This document shows positions 1-11,216 of a DNA stretch of 64,000 bases, one piece after another. Position 1 is the first letter of the stretch. Each line of letters begins with the position of its first letter. The stretch is from Nitrospirota bacterium. GTDB lineage: Bacteria; Nitrospirota; UBA9217. The DNA is taken from assembly GCA_963741205.1 (NCBI GenBank), contig CAVUHW010000022.1, positions 96,001 through 160,000 on the forward strand, given 5' to 3'. The position numbers were made by a program, and so were the translations under genes. A model generated the notes under the pieces. It was not told the origin of the DNA. It did no database searches and saw only the letters and a list, made by a program, of their open reading frames with translations.

Positions 1-617
1 ATATATTTCTTACGAGCAAGTCCCACGCGCGGGACAAGCGCGGCGCGCTCGCGCATCTGCACGAGACCTTGAAGAACATGAAGACGGACCATCTCGATCT
101 GTGGCAGGTGCACGACGTCAGGACCGAGGAGGACGTTGAGGATATCTTCGCAGAGGGAGGCGCCATCGAGGCCTTTGTCGAAGCGAAGGAAAAAGGCCTG
201 ACGCGGTTCATCGGCGTTACGGGACATCACGATCCGCTTATCCTCCGGACTTGCATCAGACGGTTTGATTTTGACACGGTGCTTCTGCCCGTAAATCCCG
301 GGGAGCCGACCTATAAAAGTTTTTTGAAGGAAGTGGTCCCCGCTGCGCTCGACAAAGAGATGGGGATTATCGGCATGAAAGTCTATTTCCGGGGGCTCGC
401 AAGGAGGCTGCCGGGTTATTCGGGCATGGAGCCCTTTCTTCGTTTCGCCTTGTCGCAACCGGTCACGAACGTGGTCATCGGATGTGACGATGTGGCGCAG
501 CTGGAAGTGAACGTCAACTTTGCAGGCTCGTTCAAGCCGATGGCAGAAGACGAGAGGGAAGAGCTGGTCCGCCGTGTTTCGCCCTTTGCGAGAGAGCTGA
601 TGTATTATAAGCCTTGA
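1..617 (+). CDS. Aldo/keto reductase family protein, 5'-truncated at window edge
   Basis: LKxMKTDHLDLWQVHD, AKEKGLTRFIGVTGH and GIIGMK are AKR-family motifs. Confidence 0.85.
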   Translation, partial: IFLTSKSHARDKRGALAHLHETLKNMKTDHLDLWQVHDVRTEEDVEDIFAEGGAIEAFVEAKEKGLTRFIGVTGHHDPLILRTCIRRFDFDTVLLPVNPGEPTYKSFLKEVVPAALDKEMGIIGMKVYFRGLARRLPGYSGMEPFLRFALSQPVTNVVIGCDDVAQLEVNVNFAGSFKPMAEDEREELVRRVSPFARELMYYKP

Positions 618-694
618 GCTTCGGAGGTCGCTTACCTCTCCGTTTTTACAAGCGCTCCTCTTTTCTTCCCGTCGATTTCAAACTGAAAAAAAAT

Positions 695-724
695 AAGGGC
701 CGTCGTTTTTTACGACCGGCCCTT
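695..724 (-). terminator. Probable intrinsic terminator between convergent genes
   Basis: gggccgtcgt/acgaccggccc stem next to an A-run (U-run on the minus strand). Confidence 0.55.
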
Positions 725-760
725 CCGCATCATGGAGATGCGTCTGCAAGCTCTGAAGTC

Positions 761-1339
761 CTACATGCCCATCGCCGAGAACGTGACCTCAACCGGTGAT
801 CCTACCATGGGATGTTCACCCGGGACTATATGGCATACCTCGTTGAGCTTGTAGGTGCCCTTCATCCCTTTGAGATCAGCAAACGCGCCGATCGCATCCG
901 CTACGACAAAGTCGCCTTTGGAGTACAGCGTCTTCGTCATCATTGCGAGGTCCTTGGTTTTCGTGGCCGTGCCGCTGTACATCAGGACGATCTTGTCGGC
1001 GCCGGCTGTAAGTTCAACCACACCCTCGTGCTCGAACATGAGGGGCATCGTGCCTGCTATCAGCGTCAGGTTGTTCGTCACAAGCGCGTCTCCCATGTAG
1101 GACGCTCCGTTGATGCTGAATCCGCCCATCCCCTTGACGTTGTGGCCCCTGACTATGATGGTCTGTGGCACGCCTTCCTTCACCACAACGGTGAGGTCGC
1201 CAAGCTGTGAAATGGCAAGCGTTGCCGGACCGAAATCAACGGTTGCCGCCGCGGCCCTGCTTGCAAGCACCGGCAGTAACACCATGCTCACGGCTACTGC
1301 CATCATTAATAGTTTTTTCGTCGTCTTCATGATCCTCAT
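761..1339 (-). CDS. Secreted hypothetical protein, beta-rich
   Basis: 192 aa ORF with Sec-type signal peptide (KKLLMMAVAVSMVLLPVLASRAAAA) and GAGG RBS. Confidence 0.7.
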   Translation of the reverse strand: MRIMKTTKKLLMMAVAVSMVLLPVLASRAAAATVDFGPATLAISQLGDLTVVVKEGVPQTIIVRGHNVKGMGGFSINGASYMGDALVTNNLTLIAGTMPLMFEHEGVVELTAGADKIVLMYSGTATKTKDLAMMTKTLYSKGDFVVADAIGAFADLKGMKGTYKLNEVCHIVPGEHPMVGSPVEVTFSAMGM

Positions 1340-1552
1340 ACCTCCTCACCCTCACTTCTACAGGAGTAAGAAGAGAATTACTCCTTCGGCGCACACTACT
1401 GCGCAGCCGGAGGGTTCTAAAAAAGGCCGTTCCTATCTTTCTATATATTAAGATAACACAAGTTGCGCAACTCGGCAACATTGAGGGGCCGTCTCGTAAT
1501 ACTTAGGATTCATTAAGAGATGATCTTAAGAACTACGATCAGTCTTTGGTTT

Positions 1553-2674
1553 CTATTCGTTGTTGACTACGACGAGTGCGGGTATGTGAAGCGGAGGGGT
1601 GATCGAGTTAAACACAAAATTATTTTGTCCTGCAGCGTCCTTTTCTCGCAGTTGCCCGCATGCGGCCGAAATGTCCCTGCCGCGCGATTCGCGAACCGGC
1701 GCCGTGTAGTTGTGGTCCAAGAGGATTTTTTGGAAGCGCCGCACCGCCGCATCATCGGGCCTCTTGAATTCGCTTCCCGGAAAAGGATTGAACGGGATGA
1801 GGTTCACCTTGCACTTGATGCCCCGGAGGAGCTTCGCAAGACGCAGGGCATCTTCAACAGAATCATTCACTCCTTTTAACATTACATATTCGATGGTGAT
1901 CCTCCGTCTCGGCTCCAAGGGGAAACGTCTGCAGGAGTCCAGAAGCTCTTTGATCGGATAGCGTCGGTTCACCGGCATGATCCGGTCCCGCACCTCGTCT
2001 GTCGTTGCGTTGAGCGAGACAGCCAGATTCACCTTGAGCCCCGACTTTCCCAACTGTCCGATTGCCGGAACCAGCCCGTCCGTTGAAACCGTCACGCGCC
2101 TCGGCGAAAAACCAAGCCCTTCGTCGGATGTGATGATCGTCAGCGCTTTCATGACTTCATCGAAGTTCGCCAGCGGCTCTCCCATACCCATGAGCACGAT
2201 GTTCGTGATGCCCCGCGAACCTTCCCGCTTCAGAATGCGGGAAACTTCCAGCACCTGGTCGGCGATCTCGAAGGCCGTCAGGTCCCTCACAAACCCTCCG
2301 CTTCCGGTCAGACAGAAGCGGCACGCCTGCCGGCACCCAACCTGCGACGAAATGCAGAGCGTCTGCCGGTCTTCATCGGGGATCAACACGCTTTCGATCG
2401 TATGCCTGTCCTCGAGCTCGAAAAGGAATTTTCTCGTGCCGTCGGAGGAAACTTCAGTCCTGGCAACAACCGGCGTTGACAGGACGAAGGCCGCTGACAG
2501 AACGGCACGGTCCTGTTTTGCGATATTCATCATGTCATCAAAAGATGAGCAGTAGTTTGAATATATCCATTTGAGGACCTGGTCCGCCCGGTAGTGTTTG
2601 AGCCCGAGTTCGGTCATCCTGGACCTCAGTTCTTCACGGGTCAGGGACTTGATGTTTATGCGGGAACTCGTCAT
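1553..2674 (-). CDS. rlmN: 23S rRNA/tRNA adenine C2-methyltransferase RlmN (radical SAM)
   Basis: CISSQVGCRQACRFC, MGMGEP, VNLIPFN and DISAACGQL motifs. Confidence 0.95.
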   Translation of the reverse strand: MTSSRINIKSLTREELRSRMTELGLKHYRADQVLKWIYSNYCSSFDDMMNIAKQDRAVLSAAFVLSTPVVARTEVSSDGTRKFLFELEDRHTIESVLIPDEDRQTLCISSQVGCRQACRFCLTGSGGFVRDLTAFEIADQVLEVSRILKREGSRGITNIVLMGMGEPLANFDEVMKALTIITSDEGLGFSPRRVTVSTDGLVPAIGQLGKSGLKVNLAVSLNATTDEVRDRIMPVNRRYPIKELLDSCRRFPLEPRRRITIEYVMLKGVNDSVEDALRLAKLLRGIKCKVNLIPFNPFPGSEFKRPDDAAVRRFQKILLDHNYTAPVRESRGRDISAACGQLREKDAAGQNNFVFNSITPPLHIPALVVVNNE

Positions 2675-2887
2675 AAGCTTGATACCTCAACGGACTGTAA
2701 CACCTTTATTGACGAAAATCAAGATGACAAACGGCGGCTCCTGGATGCCGGCGTTGTAGTTTTTCCGGGCAGTTTGTTTCAATTGAACAAACTGTAATAT
2801 GCTGTTTTCTATTGATTTTTCTGTTAAGTACAAATGTTGCTACATTCCAACAGGGAGCAAATTTATTATGAGGAGATCAGCATATCA

Positions 2888-3283
2888 ATGACTGTACGAG
2901 TGGAAACAAAGAGGATTCTTATTGTCGATGACGAGCCGACCATCCTGCTCACGCTTTCTTATGCCTTGCGGTCCACCGATGTCGAGGTTATCACCGCGAG
3001 CAGACTGGAGCCTGCTGAAGAGGCTCTGAGCCGGTATCATTTTGATCTTGTCATCGTCGATGTTCGAATGTCGGGCGTGCTCGGGATAGAAGGGCTCGAA
3101 CTGCTCAGTTATATCAAGCGGAACTGGCCTGAGACGGAGGTCATCGTCATGACCGCTTACGGGTCGGAAGAGATGAAGAAGGACGCCTATGAACGGGGGG
3201 CGAAATTTTACTACAACAAGCCCATCGATTTCGACGATCTTTTTCAGCAGGTCCGCAGCCTGGATATTCCTGTGAAGCAATGA
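2888..3283 (+). CDS. Single-domain response regulator (receiver)
   Basis: ILIVDDE, DLVIVDVRM, VIVMTAY and KP motifs. Confidence 0.9.
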   Translation: MTVRVETKRILIVDDEPTILLTLSYALRSTDVEVITASRLEPAEEALSRYHFDLVIVDVRMSGVLGIEGLELLSYIKRNWPETEVIVMTAYGSEEMKKDAYERGAKFYYNKPIDFDDLFQQVRSLDIPVKQ

Positions 3284-3361
3284 GAGGTCCCGGCAGTTTG
3301 TGTGGATCGACTGCCAAGCGGCTGACGGGATAAAGGCAGGAGGACGGAAGGGGGGCAAACA

Positions 3362-3739
3362 ATGATTAAAAAAGTTCTGGTTGTAGATGATTCGGCGCTG
3401 GTCCACCAGATGTATAAAATGGTGCTTACGCGCTATAAATGCAATATCATCCATGCATTGAATGGACAAGACGGGCTTGATAAGCTTGAACAGCATCCTG
3501 ACGCGAACCTGATCCTCCTCGACATCAACATGCCGTTAATGAACGGGCTCGAGTTCATCAAAAAGATGAAGGAGATCGGGAAATATGACCACGTTCCGAT
3601 CATCATCGTGAGCACCGAAGGCAAGGAAGAAGACACCATGCGGGGCCTCGCCCTCGGCGCCGGGGGATATGTAAAGAAGCCCTTTCAGCCCAGAGACCTG
3701 CATGCCTTGATCGCCAAGCTGTGTCCCGCAGCCGCATAG
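3362..3739 (+). CDS. CheY-like single-domain response regulator
   Basis: VLVVDDS, LLDINMPLMNG, IIVST and KPF motifs. Confidence 0.9.
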   Translation: MIKKVLVVDDSALVHQMYKMVLTRYKCNIIHALNGQDGLDKLEQHPDANLILLDINMPLMNGLEFIKKMKEIGKYDHVPIIIVSTEGKEEDTMRGLALGAGGYVKKPFQPRDLHALIAKLCPAAA

Positions 3740-4246
3740 CCGTCCAGACGCAGTCAGGCATAATGCTCGCCTTGCGTTTGGAAAAGCAGCAAGGCACGGG
3801 CCAAAAATTAGCATAGCGGGTGGCCCTGCTGCTGGTACAGCACCATGTATTCCTTCTCCAACATCGGCAAATTTGGACTGAGGCATATCAAACCGATGGT
3901 CTTTTTTGCCCCTCTCCCGGATAACAGCCTGCTTCGTGCGCAGATCGTCAAACTCCGACATCTTTTCTTCCGCGTCAGGCTTGGCAGGCTGTATTCGTCC
4001 CTGCTAGCAGCCGCTTCGCTGCTCCTGCTCCCGGTCATTTGTTTATCAGGTCGTTCAGTCGGCCGTTATATCGAACCCGGTATTTTTTCAATCTGACTGT
4101 AAAAAACGCCTCCGCCCGGTTTCCGACAATATCGTTCATGAAATTCGATAGATGGACAGCCGTTCTTTCGTGGTGGGCGGCAACTTCGGTGTTTTAGCGG
4201 CAAAAACCATTACCCCGGTGCGCTTCCCAAGGCAGCCAAAAAAACC

Positions 4247-4276
4247 TTGACACTTCCGCTTCATAGATGTTATTTT
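4247..4276 (+). promoter_or_regulatory. Putative sigma-70 promoter for the cooC/C1 cluster
   Basis: TTGACA at 4247-4252, then TGtTATTTT extended -10 with an 18 bp spacer, just upstream of cooC. Confidence 0.5.
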
Positions 4277-4293
4277 AATCCTCGAGTTTCGAG

Positions 4294-5082
4294 GTGATTT
4301 GTTTGAAAATTGCGATTACCGGCAAGGGCGGAGTTGGTAAAACCACACTGGCCGGCCTTTTGGCGCGTCTGTACGCGTCGGAGGGCAAGAAGGTGCTTGC
4401 AGTGGACGCGGATCCGGATGCGAACCTCGCCTCAGCTTTGGGCATCTCGCCCGAGGTCGCGGCCCGCGCCCTGCCGCTTGCGGAACAGTCGGACCTGATC
4501 GAGGAGCGCACTGGTTCCCGGCCCGGCAAGCCCGGTGGCATGTTCAGCCTCAATCCGAAAGTTGACGACATCCCTGACGCGTATGCCGTCAGCCATGAGG
4601 GTGTGCGGCTTTTGGTCGTCGGAAAATCCAAGGAAGCCGGGTCGGGGTGCTACTGCCCGGAGAATGTGCTCCTGCGGCGGCTCATCAGCCATTTGATCCT
4701 TCGGCTGGACGAGGTGGTCATCCTCGACATGGAGGCTGGTATTGAGCACCTGACACGCGGCACCGCGGGCGGCGTCAATGCGTTTATCGTTGTGGTGGAA
4801 CCCGGCCAGCGAAGCATGCAGACCGCGCGACAGATAGAATCGCTCGCGCGCGGCCTGGGCGTAAAGGATGTTTTCGTGGTCGGCAACAAGATCCGGCAGG
4901 AGTCGGAGAAGGATTTTATTGCCGCCCATCTCAAGGGGATGACCTTTCTCGGCTTCATGAGTTACACCGCCGACGCGGTCGCGGCCGACCTCGACGGCAA
5001 GTCTCCATACGACGCTTCGCCCGCCACAAGGGACGAGGCGAAAAAGATCAAGATCGCGCTCGATCAGTTGATCAAAAAGTGA
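4294..5082 (+). CDS. cooC: CODH/ACS nickel-insertion ATPase CooC
   Basis: GKGGVGKT, DADPDANL, GCYCPEN and DMEAGIEHLTRG motifs. Confidence 0.92.
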   Translation: MICLKIAITGKGGVGKTTLAGLLARLYASEGKKVLAVDADPDANLASALGISPEVAARALPLAEQSDLIEERTGSRPGKPGGMFSLNPKVDDIPDAYAVSHEGVRLLVVGKSKEAGSGCYCPENVLLRRLISHLILRLDEVVILDMEAGIEHLTRGTAGGVNAFIVVVEPGQRSMQTARQIESLARGLGVKDVFVVGNKIRQESEKDFIAAHLKGMTFLGFMSYTADAVAADLDGKSPYDASPATRDEAKKIKIALDQLIKK

Positions 5083-5137
5083 GAATCGTTTCGCCACGGA
5101 TGGGCCCTGATCGATCGCTTCCGAAGCCTGCTAGAGT

Positions 5138-5701
5138 TTGCCCTTGAAAAAGATTCTCCGAAAACGAGTTCTGTCAGCTCGGGACAGTCTGTCCCCGAAG
5201 GAGAGGGCAATAAAAAGCCGGGAGCTAGCAGCGCGCCTCTTCTCTCTCCCGGAATTCACCACAGCGCGCAAAGTCATGTTCTTTGCATCATTCCGGAGCG
5301 AAGTGGAGACCGGCCCCATGATCAGGCACGCGCTCGCCTCCGGTAAACGGGTCATCCTTCCCAAGGTATCGGGCAAAGAGCTTGCCTTGTTCGAGATCAG
5401 AGACCTCGATAAGGATGTTGCTCCCGGCGCCTGGGACATTCCGGAGCCTGTTACGTCCCACCCCGCGGAACTGGCGGAAATCGACCTCATCATAACCCCC
5501 GGGGCCGCCTTCGACGAGCGCGGCAACCGGCTTGGTTACGGCGCTGGATTTTACGACAGGATCCTTTCTGCGTTTACCGGGACGACCATCGCGCTTGCCT
5601 TTGAGGCGCAGATCGTGCCGGAGGTCCCCACTGATGAACACGACATTCCGGTGAAGAAGATCGTGACGGAGAAGAGGGTCATAACGGCGCATAGCGCATA
5701 G
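5138..5701 (+). CDS. 5-formyltetrahydrofolate cyclo-ligase
   Basis: [21 protein letters not shown] signature. Confidence 0.92.
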   Translation: MPLKKILRKRVLSARDSLSPKERAIKSRELAARLFSLPEFTTARKVMFFASFRSEVETGPMIRHALASGKRVILPKVSGKELALFEIRDLDKDVAPGAWDIPEPVTSHPAELAEIDLIITPGAAFDERGNRLGYGAGFYDRILSAFTGTTIALAFEAQIVPEVPTDEHDIPVKKIVTEKRVITAHSA

Positions 5702-5736
5702 CGCAAAAGACCATGCCATGCGCCATGCTCTTTGCG
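5688..5736. repeat. 7-bp-periodic inverted intergenic repeat
   Basis: gcgcata-gcgcata-gcgcaaa followed by ccatgccatgcgccatgctctttgcg. Confidence 0.55.
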
Positions 5737-5750
5737 AAGTTTTGAAGCCC

Positions 5751-6317
5751 ATGGATACGAAGAAAATCGAAAAGGGCGTCAAGCTCATCATCGAAGGCAT
5801 CGGGGAAGATCCGAACCGGCCGGGGCTCAAGAGCACGCCGTCGCGCGTGGCGGAGATGTTTGTCGAAATTTTCTCCGGCATCGCAATGGATACCGGAAAG
5901 CTTATCAAACCCATGGTTGGCGAGAGCCATGACGAGATGGTCATGATCCGCGATATACCCTTTTTTTCGGTCTGCGAACACCATCTCCTCCCGTTTTTCG
6001 GCAAGGCGCACATCGCCTACATACCGGGCGCGGGCAAGATCGTGGGCATCAGTTCGCTTGCCAAGGCACTGGAAGTCTTCGCCAAGAGGCCCCAGGTGCA
6101 GGAGCGGCTGACGGCGCAATTCATCGACCTGATCGTCGAACGTCTCAGGCCCAAGGGCGCCATGGTCGTGATTGACGCCGAACATCTCTGCATGAGCATG
6201 CGCGGCGTGAAGAAGCCGGGCGCCCGCGTCGTCACCTCGGCGGTGCGGGGCAGTTTCCGCAGCAAGGAATCCACGCGCATGGAGATGCTGGAACTCCTGA
6301 CGAAGCAGGAAAGGTAA
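5751..6317 (+). CDS. folE: GTP cyclohydrolase I
   Basis: [18 protein letters not shown] and HLCMSMRGV motifs. Confidence 0.95.
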   Translation: MDTKKIEKGVKLIIEGIGEDPNRPGLKSTPSRVAEMFVEIFSGIAMDTGKLIKPMVGESHDEMVMIRDIPFFSVCEHHLLPFFGKAHIAYIPGAGKIVGISSLAKALEVFAKRPQVQERLTAQFIDLIVERLRPKGAMVVIDAEHLCMSMRGVKKPGARVVTSAVRGSFRSKESTRMEMLELLTKQER

Positions 6318-6487
6318 CCGGGAAACGCCAGAGAAAAGATCAGCATACAGTTCATGAGGCGGGAAAAAGAGGAAGGACAAAGTACCAAATCAAGGAGTTT
6401 CAGATCTCGTTAATAAAGTTTTTTTCTTTCTATTTTCCTTCTAAAGTCCGATAATACCATGTTAATCTAAAAACGTAGGAGCTACCC

Positions 6488-8590
6488 ATGGCACCACAAA
6501 AGACCGATGAAGCACAGAAGCCGTACCGGCCCTATGGCGCCGATATCAAGGAAACGAGACCCTACTCCCCCTGCCGGGCGGCCTGCCCGGCGCATACGGA
6601 CGTGCAGGCCTATGTAGGGCTGATCGCCCAGGGAAGGTATACCGAGGCGTTCGAGGTCATCACCGCGCCGAACCCGGTCGCTTCGGTCTGCTCGATGATC
6701 TGCCATCATCCCTGCGAGCAGTCATGCCGCCGATGCGGCGTGGATGAACCTCTTTCAGTCCGCCACTTGAAACGCTTCGCCATTGAAAAATCCACGGACT
6801 ACCGCCGAGCCAGGCGCCGGCTCATGCCGAAAACGAAGAACAAGAGCATCGGTATCGTCGGCTCCGGCCCGGCCGGGCTCACCGCGGCGAACGACCTCGC
6901 TAAATATCGGCTACAGCGTCACGATCTACGAACGCCATCCCGCTCTGGGCGGTATGCTGGTCTCGGCAATCCCTCCCTACCGGCTTCCGCGGGAAGTGCT
7001 GAAGGAAGACATCGACGACGTGGTTTCGAAGGGCATCGAGGTGAAGACGAATTGTGAGATCGGCAGGGACGTCACGTTTGACGACCTCACGAAGAAGCAC
7101 GATGCCGTGCTCGTGGCCATCGGCCTTTCCCTGAGCCGCTCTATCCCGATCCCCGGTGTGGAAGGCCCGGGTATCCTGCTCGCTATTCCGTTTCTGACCG
7201 ATGTGGCCTTTGGTAAAAAGCCCGCTCTGGGTAAAAAAGTTCTCGTCATCGGCGGCGGAAACGTGGCCATGGACGTGGCCCGTACCGCCCGCAGGCTCGG
7301 GGTCAAGGATGTGTCAATGGTCTGCCTGGAGAGCGCCGAAGAAATGCCGGCATGGAAATGGGAAGTGGACGAAGCCCTTGAGGAAAGCATCAAAATAAGC
7401 CACCGCTGGGGCCCCAAGGCGGTGAAACGCGACGGAGACAAGGTCCTGGGCCTCGAGGTGAAGAAGGTAAAATCCGTCTTCGACGCAAACGGCCGGTTCA
7501 ATCCCGCCTATGATGAGAACCAGACGACGCTCCTCGAGGCGGACACGATCATTATAACCATCGGCCAGATGTCGAACCTTTCGTTCCTCAAGGACACGGC
7601 AGTCAAAATAGACGAGCGCGGAAGGGTCGAGTGGAACCAGGCGACCCAGATGAGCAGCGCCAAGGGCGTGTTCCTGTCCGGCGAGGTCGTGACCGGGCCG
7701 GGCTCGGCCATTGCCGCCGTGGCGAACGGCCATCGCGCCGCGCTTGCGATTCATCTTTACTGCCAGGGAGAGACGATCGAAGGAAAGCTCCCCTCACAGG
7801 AGAAGGAAAAGATCGCCCAGATGCCCCCGGACCTCGTCGAGAAGATAGGCAAGGAACCGCGGGTCAAGATCAAGCACCTCGCTCCCGAAGTCCGGTGCGA
7901 CGCCATGGTCCACTTCGAGATCGGCTACGACGAGACCGAAGCGCTCAAGGAAGCCGGCCGGTGCCGGGGCTGTGGAGGCGGCGCGGTCGTGGACAAGAAC
8001 AAGTGCATGGCCTGCCTCACCTGCATGCGTATCTGCCCCTACGGCGCGCCGGTGGTCACGTCCCATTCAGAGATCACGGCCCGAGTACTGCCAGGCCTGC
8101 GGCCTCTGCGCTCCTGAGTGCCCCGGCGAGGCGATCAGCATGGTGAGCTACGACATTCGGGATCATAGGAGCAACATGGCTGAATGTCGTCGGCAAGGTT
8201 GACGCGAAGAGGCAGGAGCCGGTGATCGTCGCCTTCATGTGCACGCACCATGTCGGAGTCCTGGGCTTCGATGTTACGAAAAATGTTAAAACCGTTCCGG
8301 TCCACTGCACGAGCCGGATCGACGTCCTCGATATCTTGAAGGCCGTTGAAAGCGGCGCCGACGGCGTGGCTGTCGTCCGGTGCGGGGACGCGACATGCAA
8401 GTACCGGGACATCGAGCCGCGCGTGAACGCGCGCGTAAAGCGGGCACAGGAACTGATCGGAGCGCTGGGAATCGAGAAGGGACGAATCGAAATCCTTTCG
8501 GCAACATCCGGCAATGGCGGTAATCCCTACGCGGCGGTATGCGCGGAGTTTTCAGAGAGAGTCAAGAAGATGGGGATGAGGGTGAAGTAA
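6488..8590 (+). CDS. GltD/NfnB-like FAD/NAD(P) oxidoreductase fused to a 2x[4Fe-4S] ferredoxin and an MvhD-like domain; split by indels
   Basis: ORFs 6488, 6783, 7972 and 8222 join: CRAACP/CSMICHHPCEQSC, GSGPAG, GGGNVA, CMACLTCMRICP, CQACGLCAPECP, then IVAFMC..VPVHCTSRID..GADGV..C..C. Confidence 0.8.
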
Positions 8591-8633
8591 TCGTTATTCG
8601 ATTCGAAATCGAAACAATAAGGAGTGTTGAACT

Positions 8634-9353
8634 ATGATCGTTGGATCACAAAAACCAATCGATGAAATCTGGGGCATGGTAAAGGACTTCAAGAAGGTCC
8701 TGGTGTTCGGGTGCAACACCTGCGTGGCCATCTGCCATGCAGGCGGCGAGAAAGAGGCGGAGACCATCGCCTCGCTGATCCGCATGCGCGCCTCGCAGGA
8801 AGGGAAAGAGATGACGGTAGGCCACCTCGGGGTGATGCGCCACTGCGAGCCGGAGTATTTCGACCCGGTGATGGATGAGGTGAAGAAGTACGACCTCGTG
8901 CTCTCCACGGCCTGCGGGGTGGGCGTAAACTTTCTGTCCGACCGGACCGGGACGATCCCCGTCTATCCCGGCATCAACACCTCGTTTTACGGCGCCGTAG
9001 AAGCGCCGGGCCTTTTTAAGGAGCTCTGCGCGGGCTGCGGCAACTGCATCGTGCATCTGACCGGCGGCCTCTGCCCCATCGCGCGCTGCTCCAAGACACT
9101 CATGAACGGGCCCTGCGGAGGCACGAACAAGGGCAAGTGCGAGGTCAGTCGAACGAGGTCGACTGCATCTGGTACCTGATCGTGGAGCGGATGAAGAAGC
9201 TCGGCACCCTGGAGAAGCTCTCGGAGATCCAACCGCCGCGCAACTGGTCTACGTCGCGTGACGGCGGACCGCGCACGCATATCGCTTGAACATATCCGGG
9301 AGTTCGAGGAGAAGGAAGAAGCGAAGACTGAGACAGCGGGAGGGAAGAAATAA
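8634..9353 (+). CDS. metV: Methylene-THF reductase small Fe-S/Zn subunit MetV; frameshifted near the 3' end
   Basis: GCNTCVAIC, ACGVG and CAGCGNC..CPIARCSKTLMNGPCGG motifs; stop overlaps the metF start. Confidence 0.88.
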
Positions 9354-10326
9354 TGAAGAGCGGAAGCAACCTCGAAAAAGTCATTGCGAGCGGCAAGCCT
9401 GCGGTCACGGCGGAGCTTGGCCCGCCCATGAGCGCCGACCCACATGAAGTAATAAAGAAAGCGCAGATCCTCAAGGGCTTCTGCGACGCTGCGAACATCA
9501 CCGACTGCCAGACTGCGGTCGTCCGGATCTCGAGCATCGCTGCCGCGGCAATCGCATTTCAGCAGGGCCTCGAGCCGGTCATGCAGATGACCTGCCGCGA
9601 CCGGAACCGCATCGCCATGCAGGCCGACCTGTTGGGCGGTGCCGCACTCGGTCTCAAGAACTGTCTCTGCATCGCCGGAGACCATCAGAAATTCAGCGCA
9701 GCGGGCAAGCTCAAGGGCCATCCGGGCGCAAAGAACGTGTACGACGTGGACACGTGCCAGCTCGTCGGGATCATGAAAAAGATGCGCGATGAGGGCAAGC
9801 AGGACGGCGGCGACCCGCTTGGAAGTGGCCCCGAAGTTCTTCATCGGAGCATCTTGGACCCCCATGGCCGATCCGATCGATTTCAGGCCGATCAACCTCA
9901 TGAAAAAGGTAAACGCCGGGGCCGATTTTATCCAGACCCAGGGCATCTACGACATGGAAGGTTTCCGCGCCGCAGATGGCGAAGATCCGGAACATGGGCC
10001 TCCATGAGCGCACTGCGATCCTCGCGGGCATCATCGTGCCGAAGAGCGCCATGATGCTCAAGTACATGGATTCCTCTGTTGCCGGCGTATCCGTGCCGAA
10101 GGCGCTTATCGACCGGATGAACAAGGCGAAAGCGGCAGCCGGGGAAGACAAGAAGAAGGCAAAGGAGCTTCAGGAGCAGGAAGGCATCAAGATCGCGATC
10201 GAACTTATCCACCAGGCATTGGAGACCCCGGGCGTCAAGGGCGTGCATATCCAGGCAATTGAATGGGAGAGCGCTATCGAAGGGATCGTCAAAGCGGCCG
10301 GGCTGTATCCGAGACCGGCGGTGTAA
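9353..10326 (+). CDS. metF: Methylenetetrahydrofolate reductase MetF; split by indels
   Basis: VTAELGPP, NITD, QMTCRDRNRIAMQ and KKVNAGADFIQTQ motifs across three frames. Confidence 0.92.
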
Positions 10327-10370
10327 TTAGGTAGGGCAAGGGTCACGCAGCAAGGGACAAGGGGACCACG

Positions 10371-11170
10371 ATGCCGAAGATCACCATCCTCGATATCTAC
10401 AAGAAAAAGGCCGAAGGCAGGAAGATCACGATGCTTACGGCCTATGACTACCCCACGGCCCAGATCGTTGACCAGGCGGGGATCGACATGATCCTTGTCG
10501 GCGACTCGCTCGGGATGGTTGTCCAGGGCGTGTCGAGTACGCTGCCGGTCACGATGGACGAGATGCTCTATCATACGCGATGGTTTCCCGGGCGGTGCAG
10601 TCCGCCATGGTCGTGGGCGACATGCCTTTTCTTTCTTATCAGACGGATAAGGCCGAAGCTGTCAGGAATGCGGGCCGGTTCCTGAAGGAGGCCGGGGCTG
10701 AAGCAGTGAAGCTCGAAGGCGGAAGTCAGATGGCTGAGGCGATCAATGGCGTCGTCAATGCCGGCATTCCGGTGGTGGCCCATATCGGACTCACGCCGCA
10801 GTATGTGCATATGCTCGGCGGATTCAAGGTCCAGGGAAAGGACGAGGCGGCCCGTGAAAAGATCCTCGCCGACGCGCGGGCTGTGCAGGACGCGGGGGCG
10901 TTCTCCGTCGTGCTCGAGGCGATACCGGCTGATCTCGCCGGGGAGATCAGTAAAATGCTCCATATCCCTACCATCGGGATCGGCGCGGGCGTCGATTGCG
11001 ACGGTCAGGTGCTTGTCCTTCATGATCTCCTGGGCCTGTTCGATCGATTTACGCCCAAGTTCGTGAAGAAATACGCCAACCTGAAGGACCAGGCGCTGAA
11101 AGCCGTAAAGGAATACAAGCAGGAAGTTGAGTCCGGAAGCTTCCCATCCCAGGAACACAGCTTTAAATAA
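10371..11170 (+). CDS. panB: 3-methyl-2-oxobutanoate hydroxymethyltransferase; one indel
   Basis: [28 protein letters not shown] and TIGIGAG motifs. Confidence 0.95.
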
Positions 11171-11216
11171 TAAAAAAATATTTTCGCAGAGTTGCTTTAT
11201 CGATGAGGAAAATTTC

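Noticed and set aside
3740-4240. Short ORFs between the receivers and cooC
   Set aside because: No recognisable motifs; competing ORFs on both strands; a broken gene cannot be excluded
5083-5137. 6S RNA, which often precedes 5-formyl-THF cyclo-ligase
   Set aside because: Only 55 bp separate cooC from the gene, too short for 6S RNA
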